NCBI GenBank assembly: GCA_950097015.1
Contig: CATNEN010000041.1
Location: 1,116,001 to 1,180,000, forward strand
Direction: 5' to 3'
DNA: 64,000 bases
DNA from: Macrostomum hystrix
Lineage: Eukaryota > Animalia > Platyhelminthes
Of the stretch, positions 11,683-23,029 are shown piece after piece. The notes below the pieces were generated by a model that saw nothing but the letters and a program-made list of their open reading frames with translations, did no database searches and was not told the DNA's origin. The first letter of the stretch is position 1, and each line of letters starts with the position of its first letter. A program made the translations under genes and the position numbers.

Positions 11683-14040
11683 TCAGTCGACCTCGACGTT
11701 GTGGTCAAAGATCAGCTTGGTCAGGATGGGCTGCGGCAGCTCGTGACTCTCTTCCAGCTTAACCAGCAGAGTTTGAGTCGGCTTTGAGCAGTCCGACCAG
11801 CCCAGCTGATTATTCTGCCACAGCTTCCTCGGCTTGGCGACGGGCTTGAAGACTGGTTCAAGCTGATCGAGCTGCAGACAATGTGAGCAGGTCTGCTCAC
11901 TGTGAGTCTGGGACAGGCGAACCTGCTGAATGCTCTGGCGCTGATGTGCCTTCGGCCGGCACTCGGGGGCCAGCGGCTGAGCTGCCTGATCTCCGTTGAG
12001 CAGCACCGCCTGTCTCGGCGAGGGGCTTAGCGCGTCTGCGCGACCGCGCTGGTGAAATATTCGTTCAAGATCGCCGCCATTGGTGGGGTTAAATTCGTAA
12101 CGCTGAAAATCCTCGATGTACTTCTTCCTCGAGAGGTCGGAGACAAGCAGCGGGACTTCCTGGCACGGTTGCAAAGTGCGGCCTCTTTCCTGCCGCTGGA
12201 AAACTTGCTCATGCGACTCGCAACCAGGAAAAGGCCATGAACAATCCAACGGATGTGGCTCGTCTTCTCGCTGACGGGACGAAAGATGGTGCTCCTTCTG
12301 ATGATATGGCAGGCAATTTTGCTGCTCAAAAGCGTCTGGCTGATAGAAATTGGTCTTTCGTTGAGCGAATTCAGACGAACCTTGAGCACGATTGCGCTGA
12401 CAATGCTGACGGCTCGTCTGGTTTTCTACGTGATCTGGCTGTGGCGTAGCAGCGTCGTGACGGTCAAGATCGTGCTTCCTGCGATGCGACACTCTGTCGT
12501 GTCTTCGTTGCTGCTCCTGCTCGGTCTCCTCGTGTGCTTGCTTGCGACCCGTTTTAACGCCGTTGCTGGCGTCCTCCGCATGCGACGCGCGATCTCTCTG
12601 ACAGCGCACTGGGCTCATTTCACGTCGCACGAATTCTGGCCCAGGGGTGGCATGATCTTCTTGGCTGCTGTATGTGTCGTCATGTGCGTAACGAGGCAAA
12701 GGAAATTGCTGGCTCGCAGCTTCGTGATTGGGAAGACGCTTTCGGTAATGCGTAGCGCTGGTGGTCTCCAACCGCTGAACGCTTTCTTGCCTGTGCAGGG
12801 CATTGTCCTTAGGACGCTTTGCCTGATCGTGCTTGTGCATTGCGCTTTTTTGGTACCGCACTGACCGATCTTGACTACACGGCATGGGACGTGACTTTAT
12901 GGTGCCGTTTCGATCCCCTTGATTTAGAACGCTAAGCTGCTTTCTACGACGCACTTTTGAATCAGCGGGATGGGACATGTCGCCAGCTTGTCGATCCGTC
13001 TGCGGATGCGGAACATTGTCGCTACCGTCGGGGCTGTGTGGCTTGGACTTCGCACTTCGCACTCCGTCCACTGGTATTCGCGCCAGACGGCGATCGTTTC
13101 TCAATCGCTCAACTGATTGGCTGCCCCGCTGCAGCTTCTCGCCTTGCTCCGCCCGATTCGGTACCTCCGCCAGCTTCAGCGGCTTCTCCGAGCGGCTCCT
13201 GTTTGCCTTTTCCTGAGGCAACTTCCGACCGGACGGCTGCTTTGCTCTCAAGGTGTCTCGGAGCCGTCGCTGAGCCGCGGTGCTCAGCTCGTCAGAGGAG
13301 GAAGCCTGGTCCACTATCGGATTGGCGCGGCTGTCACCGTGGCTCGCTTTGTCAAAGAGCGCACTGCTCGGGTCGGACTTTGACTTCGAACTGGACTTGG
13401 ACCTGGAGCCGGGTTTATTTTGCTTCTTCTGAGAGGCTTGGCTCAGAGTGGGTCGCCGATTCGAATCTATTTGCGGCTGCTGCAGCTGCTGCTGTGCATC
13501 GGCTGCTTTGCTCTTTATGGAATTCTTTTCCACCTTTTTCAACCTTTTTTGCGTCCGACGCTGACCGACGGAGGCCTGGGTGGCTTCGGCCGCGGCCTGG
13601 CGACTCTGGAGCGACTCGGAGCAGCTGGTCAGCAGCTGTGCTCGGCTGCGGGTCGGTGCGACATCAGGCTGCTGGATTCGCTGCTCCCAGAGTTCCTCCC
13701 GTTTCAGCTGGTGCAGCTGCCGCGGGCTCGGAGAGGCCGCTATGATGGCTCGCTCTCGGTTGACCTGGAATGCCGACTGGCGAGCCAGCGAAATTGTCGT
13801 CGGCAACGGACGATGCGCCGGCGACGGAAACAGATTGTCAGCGGCGTCCTCGTTGTTGCATGGAATGAAGATGCTGGAGCATGAGATTTGTGGCGACGAC
13901 AGGCAACTGGCTGAGTCGGACGTGCTGGTGATTTGACGGGTGTCCGAGCGCCTGCGGTGAGTCTGGGACTGAACGAGCATTACGGATCGCATTAGATGCA
14001 GTTGGGCGCCTGCTGTTGGCTCACTGGCTCTACTTTTCAT
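11683..14040 (-). CDS. Intronless 785-aa protein of unknown function, rich in Ser/Arg/Gln/His and probably disordered
   Basis: A 2358-nt ATG-to-TGA ORF in non-repetitive sequence, far longer than expected by chance, with AT-rich flanks on both sides. No recognisable domain. Confidence 0.75.
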   Translation of the reverse strand: MKSRASEPTAGAQLHLMRSVMLVQSQTHRRRSDTRQITSTSDSASCLSSPQISCSSIFIPCNNEDAADNLFPSPAHRPLPTTISLARQSAFQVNRERAIIAASPSPRQLHQLKREELWEQRIQQPDVAPTRSRAQLLTSCSESLQSRQAAAEATQASVGQRRTQKRLKKVEKNSIKSKAADAQQQLQQPQIDSNRRPTLSQASQKKQNKPGSRSKSSSKSKSDPSSALFDKASHGDSRANPIVDQASSSDELSTAAQRRLRDTLRAKQPSGRKLPQEKANRSRSEKPLKLAEVPNRAEQGEKLQRGSQSVERLRNDRRLARIPVDGVRSAKSKPHSPDGSDNVPHPQTDRQAGDMSHPADSKVRRRKQLSVLNQGDRNGTIKSRPMPCSQDRSVRYQKSAMHKHDQAKRPKDNALHRQESVQRLETTSATHYRKRLPNHEAASQQFPLPRYAHDDTYSSQEDHATPGPEFVRREMSPVRCQRDRASHAEDASNGVKTGRKQAHEETEQEQQRRHDRVSHRRKHDLDRHDAATPQPDHVENQTSRQHCQRNRAQGSSEFAQRKTNFYQPDAFEQQNCLPYHQKEHHLSSRQREDEPHPLDCSWPFPGCESHEQVFQRQERGRTLQPCQEVPLLVSDLSRKKYIEDFQRYEFNPTNGGDLERIFHQRGRADALSPSPRQAVLLNGDQAAQPLAPECRPKAHQRQSIQQVRLSQTHSEQTCSHCLQLDQLEPVFKPVAKPRKLWQNNQLGWSDCSKPTQTLLVKLEESHELPQPILTKLIFDHNVEVD

Positions 14041-14379
14041 TTGAAGTGCGAATTTTGTGTTTCGCGTTAAAGTTTTATTTCTGCCATAGACAGAAGCGGC
14101 TTGGCTCCCAGCCCAAGGACTACTGAATCAATACGATTAATCAAGGATTGGTTAAGAAGTCCTTGGTGTAAACTTCCAATACGTCAAAATGCCACGACCA
14201 ATTTAATAATAACAATAAAAATAGTAATAATAATAATTGCAGGAGGGCTGCAGGCAATGGAGGGTTCATTGGATGTCAGAGAAGTCGGTAGCCGCTCGTG
14301 TCAAAGGCCATTGCCTTAAACTCTGACTTCCAATGAGCATCGTTGGTTAAAATTTCCTACAACCTCATTGCCACGGGGC

Positions 14380-14775
14380 AATTAATTCTATGCAATGGCT
14401 GACGAGTGCCTGAAGGCCATTGCCTCGAAGTGAAATTTTAGGCAATGCACATATTTTGGTGACACTAGACCCGCAGCCAGTGAGGAGGCAATTATGCCCA
14501 TTTCGCTGACTCCTGAGAACACACTCACACAGATACCGTACGCAGGCACACTTTCACACAGGTGTGTGTAAATCTGCCCCGACATTCTCATCGACAGGCC
14601 ATGCATATTTCACTGTGCCTTGGAGGTTGGCCCTCAAGGGCATAAATTGCACGACAAGCCCCCAAGGTATCTTTCCGCGACTGCGACCCAAACAAATGTG
14701 GCCTCGCCGCGGAATCGAACTCAGGGACCTTGGTACGAGAGGCAAACGCGTTGAATGCTCTGCCACCGACCCCCC
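14380..14775 (-). mobile_element. tRNA-derived SINE (head at 14699-14773; 3' boundary approximate)
   Basis: The minus strand reads GGGTCGGTGGCAGAGCATTCAACGCG...CTGAGTTCGATTCCGCGGCGAGGCCA, with Pol III A-box and B-box (GTTCGATTCC). Acceptor and anticodon stems are mispaired, and non-tRNA body sequence follows. Confidence 0.7.
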
Positions 14776-15675
14776 ACGACCAGTTTAAGCCATTGACTAA
14801 ATCTACAGAGAAGTCTGGCTTACAGGGCACACCAACGAACTAGCTAGAAGGCCGAATGTTGATTTTTTGCTCACAAGCAGTATTCCGACACGGACGACTC
14901 AAGGACCACTAGGAGTAGAAGGACGGGAAACTACGTTTCTTATAAAAAAATTGAAGCCTGGCTTTGATTGGGAGCAAATACAAACCTGTTCTTTTTATAT
15001 AACTTGCCGAACATGTTGCTTCACGGAATGTTATAAAGTTTTATAGATTACAATTTATAAGCAGAAGCAGAAGACTGCATGATTTATTAAGCCAGGTAAC
15101 CAGAAACTAGCAATCGAAACGTAAAACATGGAGCGTAGAAACCAGTTGAACTGGAGCAGAAAAAGTTTTGAAGGGATGCAACTCGAAAAGTAGGATGAAA
15201 AGCGGACAAGTGTCATTTGAAGCACTGTCATCGGTTGCCAACTTGTCATTTGGATAAGTCAGACTGGACTCAGCGATGCTCTTCAAATGGATGAAGAGTC
15301 AGCAGGAATTCTATTTCCATCTGACTCAGACAACTCAGAAAAAGTAGAACCTGAGGTGACTTCGCACAAAGAAGTTTGCCTGTCGACATTCTGGTGCTGG
15401 TCGCAATTTCTTCTCCAGATAGTCTTCTCCAGCAGAATTTTTTTACTGAGTGTTACAACTTAGCAGCTGATTAACAGCAAGATATGCCTTTCCGCCTTTC
15501 TGGTTTGAAGGAACGTTAACGTTAACGTTAACGTTAAGGAGCGTAGAACGTAAACATGACAAGTCTATGGAAAATTGAAGCTCGATACGAGCTTAGAAAC
15601 CATTTTAGACGCAATAATAGAATTAAAAACAATAAAAACTGTCATTTTAGTCGCTGTGAGTAAAAAGAAAAACGG

Positions 15676-16755
15676 TCAGTTGCTGCCGTGCCCTTGGTTT
15701 ATGCTGATTGTGCAGTTTTCAAACTTACAATTGCTGAAAATGTTAGGTACTCGGGCGGAAGGAACTCCAATTGCAACACTGCAGTTTGCGATCGCAGGCG
15801 ACGCAGTTGTTGACGGGCCAACCACAGCATAGCTTTCGACCACAGGAGAAGACTGCGCTACAGGAAGAATAGAGATGTCTGAGGTAGATGGTGCTGTCGA
15901 AAGGCGGCTACTAATCGTTCGAGACAACGCCACTTTCTTTGAAAACTTTAGTCTTTTATTGTAGTGCTCGACGCTTTCCGCTCGCTTATGGCCAGTCACA
16001 GCTTGAATCTGGGGTACACTGACGCCGTCTTCAATCAGGTTTGTGACCACGCTTGCATGGATGCAGTGATTGGTGTGATTCCGGCCAGCAAGACCAGCAA
16101 GTTCGCATAGCGTCTTCATAAAGCTGTTTAGCCAGTTCTTTCCTAGTACGAGATTATTGTGATACCAGTAGCCGTCAGTATTGTAACCACGTTGGATTGG
16201 CTTTGGCCAGAGACACTCTACGTCCGTCGGTATCTTGCTCAGGTATAATTCAACTGCGCGCACTGGACACGTGGTAGGCTCATTTGGAGTCTCGACAAGA
16301 ATGATGGATTTCATCGTTGTTGGATTGTCAGCAGAAATCGCCTTCTCAATACTAGTCTTCATCACGCCAACGTACCGCACACCGTCATACTCTTTGATTT
16401 GCAGGTCTCTCTTGCTCAATCCACGCAACCATTCACGTCCTCTAAAACCGAAACCATACACGATCTTAAAAAGTACTTCCATCTGCAGCCGCGTCGGAGT
16501 CGACCGGTCAAAGTACGATCGCAAGCGCACGAAGTCGTCATCCTCAATCGGACAGTAGGTACTAGCACCTCCTAATAGTTTCTTCTCCTTAAGAGCAGCA
16601 GACAACGCCCTAAACGTACGCTCAAACGATGCAAACTGTTCGTTTCCAATGATCTTGAGATCCCTTCTCTCAGAAATGTAGCGATGAATCGACGCTCGGA
16701 AGCAAACTAGAGAACGAACGGCGTAGGATTTGCCATCGGCCATATTTAGCGACAC
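15676..16755 (-). mobile_element. Crypton-type tyrosine recombinase ORF (CryptonA/DUF3504-like), about 355-359 aa
   Basis: DGKSY..SL..FRASIHRY N-terminal motif, FGFRGRE (Arg I), TCPVRAVELYLSK, LGKNWLNSFMK, TNHCIHAS (HxxR position), VTGHK..SVEHY (His, catalytic Tyr), and the C-terminal IFSNCKFENCTISIN motif typical of the family. The first ATG is at 16743; the frame is open from 16875. Element termini not defined. Confidence 0.88.
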
Positions 16756-17315
16756 AAACCATAGCCTGAGGTATGCGCACAGATAACGCCGTTTTCTGCG
16801 AGTCTTGCTCCTGGCAGGCCACTGTTGATGGAGTCGCTCGGAGACGGGCTCCGATGAAGGCGGATCGGCAGTTGGTCAAGTGCGGAATTGAATTCGTTAC
16901 CTATTTTATCACGCAATGCAGTGCACTAAGGCAGGGGTTGGTTTGAATGAATCGAGCAATATCATAAAGAGCTTGTTTGTAGCACAGATACTATAATAAC
17001 TATAAGTTCTGTGGTTGTAACTTTCTTTGTTGCTTTGCTCTGTTGTTACTCTTTTCAATAAACCATAACATTTTTTTGTTAATTCACATGCCTTTTGTTG
17101 CAGCATTTTCCTTTTAAAACGTTGCATATATTATAAATAAAACCAAAAAATACAAAAAATGTCTATATTTCTACTGAATGGAAAGTAGCTTGCAAGTATA
17201 TGTGCTGAGTGACCTATCTAGTTATTATAGTATCTGTGGTTTGTAGAAGATAACACATAACATAAGTAGTGTATTTATTTAAGCCAAGAGTTCCAAAAGC
17301 ACAAATTCCACCAAT

Positions 17316-17440
17316 ACGTATGCATATGTATATGCATATGTATATGTATGTGTATATGTGTATGTATATGTTTATGTATATGTATATGAATATGTATATG
17401 TATATGTATGTGTATATGTATATGTATATGTATATGTATG

Positions 17441-17481
<41 letters not shown>

Positions 17482-17492
17482 GTGTATCTGTG

Positions 17493-17532
<40 letters not shown>

Positions 17533-17587
17533 CATATGTATATGTATGTGTATATGTATATGTATATGTACATGTATATGTAAAATG

Positions 17588-17638
<51 letters not shown>
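17316..17638. repeat. (ATATGT)n microsatellite
   Basis: Explains the MY/IH/YT repeat ORFs. Confidence 0.97.
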
Positions 17639-17639
<1 letters not shown>

Positions 17640-18139
17640 CCACTCCAGCATTTTCTTGCCGCAGCAAGAAAGCGCTTGTGCACAGGCAGACTCTGGACCG
17701 TGCGGTAAGAACAATGGCAGTTCGGGCCTGGTCAGGAAAGTACGGACTGACTGACTGCAGACTATAGCTTCTGCTGCTCCTTCTCGCTTAAAGTACATTA
17801 TAAATTTGCCATTTCTATTCAAGGGCTTGAAATTCTTAACTTGGTTTTTACCATAGAACAGCAAGCGAAACCGTCGCAAGCCAATCAGCGAGAACGGGGT
17901 TCTCGAGAGGCCAAATATCAGGCGGATGAGCCACCATGCTATTATTCATCCATGCCCCCCCAGTAGACACTTCAGCGGGTAGTAGGTCTTGAGTCATTTT
18001 TCAGACTTTCTGCTTTATTCATTTAGCATTAACATGGTTAACAATTTTAAGCTTTGAAAAAAGACAATTCGACTTGGACTTTCAGAATGACGTTTCTGAC
18101 AATCGAAAATGGTTTAAGAATAACAATTTTCAACAACAG

Positions 18140-18750
18140 AACTTTCAGAATTTGAAGTTTCGGGACTTTTAATTTCTGGATTTAAAAAATCGAGATTTGG
18201 AGCTTTGGGATTTAAAGTTTTGGGATATAAAGTTTCGGGATTTGAAGTTTCAGAATTTGAAGTTTCGGGATTTGAAGTTTCGGGATTTGAAGTTTCTGGG
18301 TTTCGAAGTTTCAGAATTTGAAGTTTCGGGATTTGAAGTTTCGGGATTTGAAGTTTCGGGATTTGAAGTTTCTGGGTTTCGAAGTTTCAGAATTTGAAGT
18401 TTCAGAATTTGAAGTTTCAGGATTGAAAGTTTTGGGATTTGAAGTTTCAGGATTTGAAGTTTCGGGACTTTTAGTTTCTGGATTAAAAAAAACCGGGATT
18501 TGGAGCTTTGGGATTTGAAGTCTTGGGATTTGAAGTTTCAGGATTTGAAGTTTCGGGATTTGAAGTTTCGGAATTTGTAGTTTCGGGACGTTTAGTTTCT
18601 GGATTAAAAAAAATCGGGATTCGGAGCTTTGGGATTTGAGGTTTCGGGATTTGAAGTTTCGGGATTTGAAGTTTCGGGATTTGAAGTTTCGGGATTTGAA
18701 GTTTTGGGATTTAAAGTTTTGGGATTTAAAGTGTCGGGATTTGAAGTTTC
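18140..18750. repeat. 15-bp minisatellite (GGGATTTGAAGTTTC)
   Basis: Tandem copies with longer duplicated blocks; explains the FRDLK/SRNFK ORFs. Confidence 0.95.
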
Positions 18751-18783
18751 GCGATAGTCTGGGCAAACGAGTGACCTGGCCGG

Positions 18784-21180
18784 TCAGTTGTCCATGGCGA
18801 CCTCAAAGTGCGCCCCGAGCTTCCTCAGGCAGTTCAACTCAGCGAAGGCCATGACGCCGTCCAGGTCGGTGTCTGAGAGTTCGGCTTCGTGGCCGACTCG
18901 GATCAGGCGGCCCTCGCGTCGGTCCGGCCAGCCCAGCTGATCGGGAAGCTTTGTCTCGGCGACCAGCAGGTCCCGGTCCCCGATTTCAACGGTCGCAGTT
19001 GACGAGATGACAAGGATGACATCGTAACTGCTGGAGCCCACAGGAGTGACCAGCAGGCAGGACAGCTTGCTCCCAGATTTTTGCTCCCCTTTGGGCCAGT
19101 GCAGCAGTTTGTACAGCCGCCAGTCGGTCTCGTTGCCGATGGCAGCATCGGGCAGCGGCGGGAAAGCGAGCTCGCGCACGTCGGCGAGGTGCCGGGCGTC
19201 CACGCCCAGCAGACCGAGCAGCAGCGGCAGGAATTTCTCGGTGCTGTTCGACCGCAGCCGGTTGAATGCCTGAACCCGCGCCAGGCCGCCGAAGTCCTCG
19301 TAGCTCAGTGAGAGGAGCTTCTCGACCTTCCGGCTCCCGCCGGACTCGGCGATGGCAGCCTCGGCGGCCTCCTCCAGCGCCTCAGTGCGGCCGGGCTCCA
19401 GGGCGCGCCGGATCGAGTCGCGCAGCGAAGCGTGGCTCGGATTCTGGTAGCTGGCCGGTGACCCCAGCTGCTCTTGCGCTGCCGCCACTGCAGCTGACAC
19501 TGCGGGAATCGCCAAGCCTGACTGACTGACTGACTGACTGACTGACTGACTGACTGACTGACTGACTGACTGACTGACTGACTGACTGACTGACTGACTG
19601 ACTGACTGACTGACTGACTGACTGACTGACTGACTGACTGACTGACTGACTGACTGACTGACTGACTGACTGACTGACTGACTGACTGACTGACTGACTG
19701 ACTGACTGACTGACTGACTGACTGACTGACTGACTGACTGACTGACTGACTGACTGACTGACTGACTGACTGACTGACTGACTGACTGACTGACTGACTG
19801 ACTGACTGACTGACTGACTGACTGACTGACTGACTGACTGACTGACTGACTGACTGACTGACTGACTGACTGACTGACTGACTGACTGACTGACTGACTG
19901 ACTGACTGACTGACTGACTGACTGACTGACTGACTGACTGACTGACTGACTGACTGACTGACTGACTGACTGACTGACTGACTGACTGACTGACTGACTG
20001 ACTGACTGACTGACTGACTGACTGACTGACTGACTGACTGACTGACTGACTGACTGACTGACTGACTGACTGACTGACTGACTGACTGACTGACTGACTG
20101 ACTGACTGACTGACTGACTGACTGACTGACTGACTGACTGACTGACTGACTGACTGACTGACTGACTGACTGACTGACTGACTGACTGACTGACTGACTG
20201 ACTGACTGACTGACTGACTGACTGACTGACTGACTGACTGACTGACTGACTGACTGACTGACTGACTGACTGACTGACTGACTGACTGACTGACTGACTG
20301 ACTGACTGACTGACTGACTGACTGACTGACTGACTGACTGACTGACTGACTGACTGACTGACTGACTGACTGACTGACTGACTGACTGACTGACTGACTG
20401 ACTGACTGACTGACTGACTGACTGACTGACTGACTGTCTTTTACAAAAATAAGTCTACTTTTTTCTACTTTTTTTACTATTAGTAGCAAATGAATTATTT
20501 ACAGTAAGGCACAGCAGTTAGTACAGTATCAAGTTCCATAGTTACAGCTTAGTTTACAGTAAATACAGTGCCAAATTCTATGGTTACATTCCAGTTTACA
20601 GTAAATACAGTCCCAAATTCTATGGTTACAGCCCAGTTTTCAGTAAATACAGGCACCTTAAGTTACAGCTAACTCAAAGAAACATCGCGTCAGACTTGGA
20701 GCCTGAAGCAGGCAGAAGCAGAAATCCCTGGCCCTCCTCTAGCGATGGGAAGAGAACGGAGTGGGGGAGGCGATGTCCCGATAACATGCATCTGCTGTTT
20801 AAATAATTCAGATTCCCAGCGATGAAGAATCGGATGCTGCGCAGTCAGAGCGTTGAAGATGAAAACTGATTTCAGCGATTCGGCTGTCAAACGGTCACGA
20901 CATGCCAGGCCCTGAGTCCGAGGGGATTCTGGGCGAGTGATTTGTGTTGAGCACACACACAGCTGACAGGAGCGCTGCCAGGCTTTTTATTAGGAGAACT
21001 TATCGGACACGTTTATGAGCTGACGACAGCTTGTGTGGGCTCCAGCAACGACTTCGCCGGGCATCACTGTCGGACAGGTGAAGCAGATGCAACTAATTTC
21101 AGCAGAAATTACTCACGACAGACAATGAGCTCGATCAGTAAACATGACCAATCAGCGACCGCTTGCCTCCGGGCGAGCAT
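18784..21180 (-). CDS. Two-exon protein of unknown function, about 265 aa, with a possible signal peptide
   Basis: Exon 1 is 21180-21117 (caaaATG..., donor C|GTGAGT, phase 1). Exon 2 is 19517-18784 (acceptor tcag|GC, phase 1). Splicing gives MLARRQAVADWSCLLIELIVCRLAIPAVSAAVAAAQEQLG...AMDN*. Exon 2 is a non-repetitive 243-codon GC-rich ORF. Exon 1 is less certain. Confidence 0.6.
19518..20436. repeat. Near-perfect (CTGA)n microsatellite, about 230 copies
   Basis: Uninterrupted tetranucleotide run; its last unit supplies the AG acceptor of the minus-strand exon. Confidence 0.98.
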
Positions 21181-21612
21181 TTTGTGTTGCCTGTTCACTC
21201 GAATAGACTCACTGCTCCAGACTGAAGACCGGGCACTGATTGGAACTGTCCGACCGTGTTTAGTTTTGTTATGTCCGATTAATCCTGACTGATAAACCGA
21301 TCATGGGGGATAGGCCAGCACTGCTCAGGTCTGTACTGCCACTCAGAACTGGGTTTGAGCTGACATTGACATCTGACCCGTTCCCACAGCTCACACACAC
21401 GCGGCCACGGCCTCCCAATTGATTAGGAAAACAGCTGGATACTGAGAATCCACAGCCAGAGGACCGTCATCGAGTACGGCTTGAGCAAATTAGGGAATTA
21501 AGAAACTGATTTTGGCGATTAGCGAGCAGCAGGCCTGAAGGAAGCAAGAAAACTATTGTTTGCACTGCACTTGGGTGAAGCCGATTGGTTGAGACGGATG
21601 GAACCGGGATGG

Positions 21613-22105
21613 TTAATGAGAGTGGGTGAATGAGAGCGCGTAATGGGAGTGCGTGAATGAGAGTATGTGAATAAAAGTGTGTGAATGATAGTTGGTGAAT
21701 GAGAGTGGGTGAATGAGAGAGGGTAAATTAGAGTGGGTGAATAAAAGTGGGAGAACGGGGAGTGAGTGAATGGGGAGTGGGTGAATGAGAGTGGGTGAAT
21801 GAGAGTGGGTGATTGAGAGTGGGTGAATGAGAGTGGGTGATTGAGAGTGGGTGATTGAGAGTGGGTGAATGTAAGAGGGTAAATTAGAGTGAGTGAATAA
21901 AAGTGGGAGAACGGGGGAGTGAGTGAATGGGGAGTGGGAGAACGGTGGAGTGAGTGAATGGGGAGTGGGTGAACGGGGGAGTGAGTGAATGGGGAGTGGG
22001 TGAATGAGAGTGGGTGAATGAGAGTGGGTGATTGAGAGTGGGTGAATGAGAGTGGGTGATTGAGAGTGGGTGAATGAGAGTGGTGAATGAGAGTGGTGAA
22101 TGAGA
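21613..22105. repeat. 14-bp minisatellite (GAGAGTGGGTGAAT) with variants
   Basis: Tandem copies with a duplicated block. Confidence 0.92.
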
Positions 22106-22502
22106 CAGAATGAGCGCAAGGGTGATAGCAAGACAAGGAAGGATAGCACAGTTAGAGAGCAGCGGTGCAGCTGGGTGAGTGCACAGAGATCCAGTTGAGT
22201 AGAGTGCAATGAAAAAAGGCATTTGCATATGCGTGCTCCCTTTGGGAAAGTAGCTTCTTGAATAGGGATAACTGATCCGCCAAGAGGCCTGTCTGCGGGA
22301 AATCGCAATCGATGCGATGGTGGATAGCTGGTAAAACCGGTCAGCTTCATCCGAAATTTTAATAAATTGCAACGAAAAGTGCCTTTTCCCTCGCAGAAAT
22401 TATACGCGCAATGATCTTATCTGAGGCCAACAGAAGCTGCATGGCTTGGGATGCCGATTCAAATGAAACTGGCGGCTGGGCTGGGAACTGGCTAACGAGA
22501 AT

Positions 22503-22775
22503 GGGAGAGGGTGAGAGGAGAGGGTCAGAGGAGAGGGTGAGAGGAGAGGGTCAGAGGAGAGGGTGAGAGGAGAGGGTCAGAGGAGAGGGTGAGAGGAGAG
22601 GGTCAGAGGAGAGGGTGAGAGGAGAGGGTCAGAGGAGAGGGTGAGAGGAGAGGGTGAGAGGAGAGTGTGGAAAGAAAGGGGGAGAGGAGGGGTGAGAGGA
22701 GAGGATGAGAGGAGAGGGTGATAGGAGAGGGTGAGAGGAGAGGGTGAGAGGAGAGGGTGAGAGGAGAGGATGAGA
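22503..22775. repeat. 13-bp purine-rich minisatellite (GGAGAGGGTGAGA)
   Basis: Tandem copies. Confidence 0.93.
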
Positions 22776-23029
22776 GGAGAGATAAGATTCGCAGGGCTGT
22801 GGGCACTGATAAACCGAAAGCGACGGTCAGTCAAAACTCGCAGCTAGTGAGTAGACAATTCTGCCCTTTCCGATGAATCCTGAGCACAGAGCACACACAC
22901 AGGGTGTGAACAAATGCTCTAAATTTTGAATCGTTAGACAGTGTACTCACTACCTGTGGGTTGGGGATTGGCCCTCATAGGTGTCAATTGCCATCCACTA
23001 TCGTTAAGAAGGAGAGATGAGCGTGAGAG

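Noticed and set aside
12027-13936. Several 100-260-aa ORFs overlapping the 785-aa ORF, and similar shadow ORFs over the ankyrin, GPCR and other exons
   Set aside because: Antisense or alternate-frame shadows expected in GC-rich coding sequence.
14699-14773. Possible tRNA gene
   Set aside because: Acceptor and anticodon stems are mispaired and CCA is genomically encoded and followed by a body sequence; treated as a SINE head.
19305-20489. 394-aa SQSV-repeat ORF, and similar ORFs at 25885-26444
   Set aside because: Translations of (GTCA)n microsatellites.
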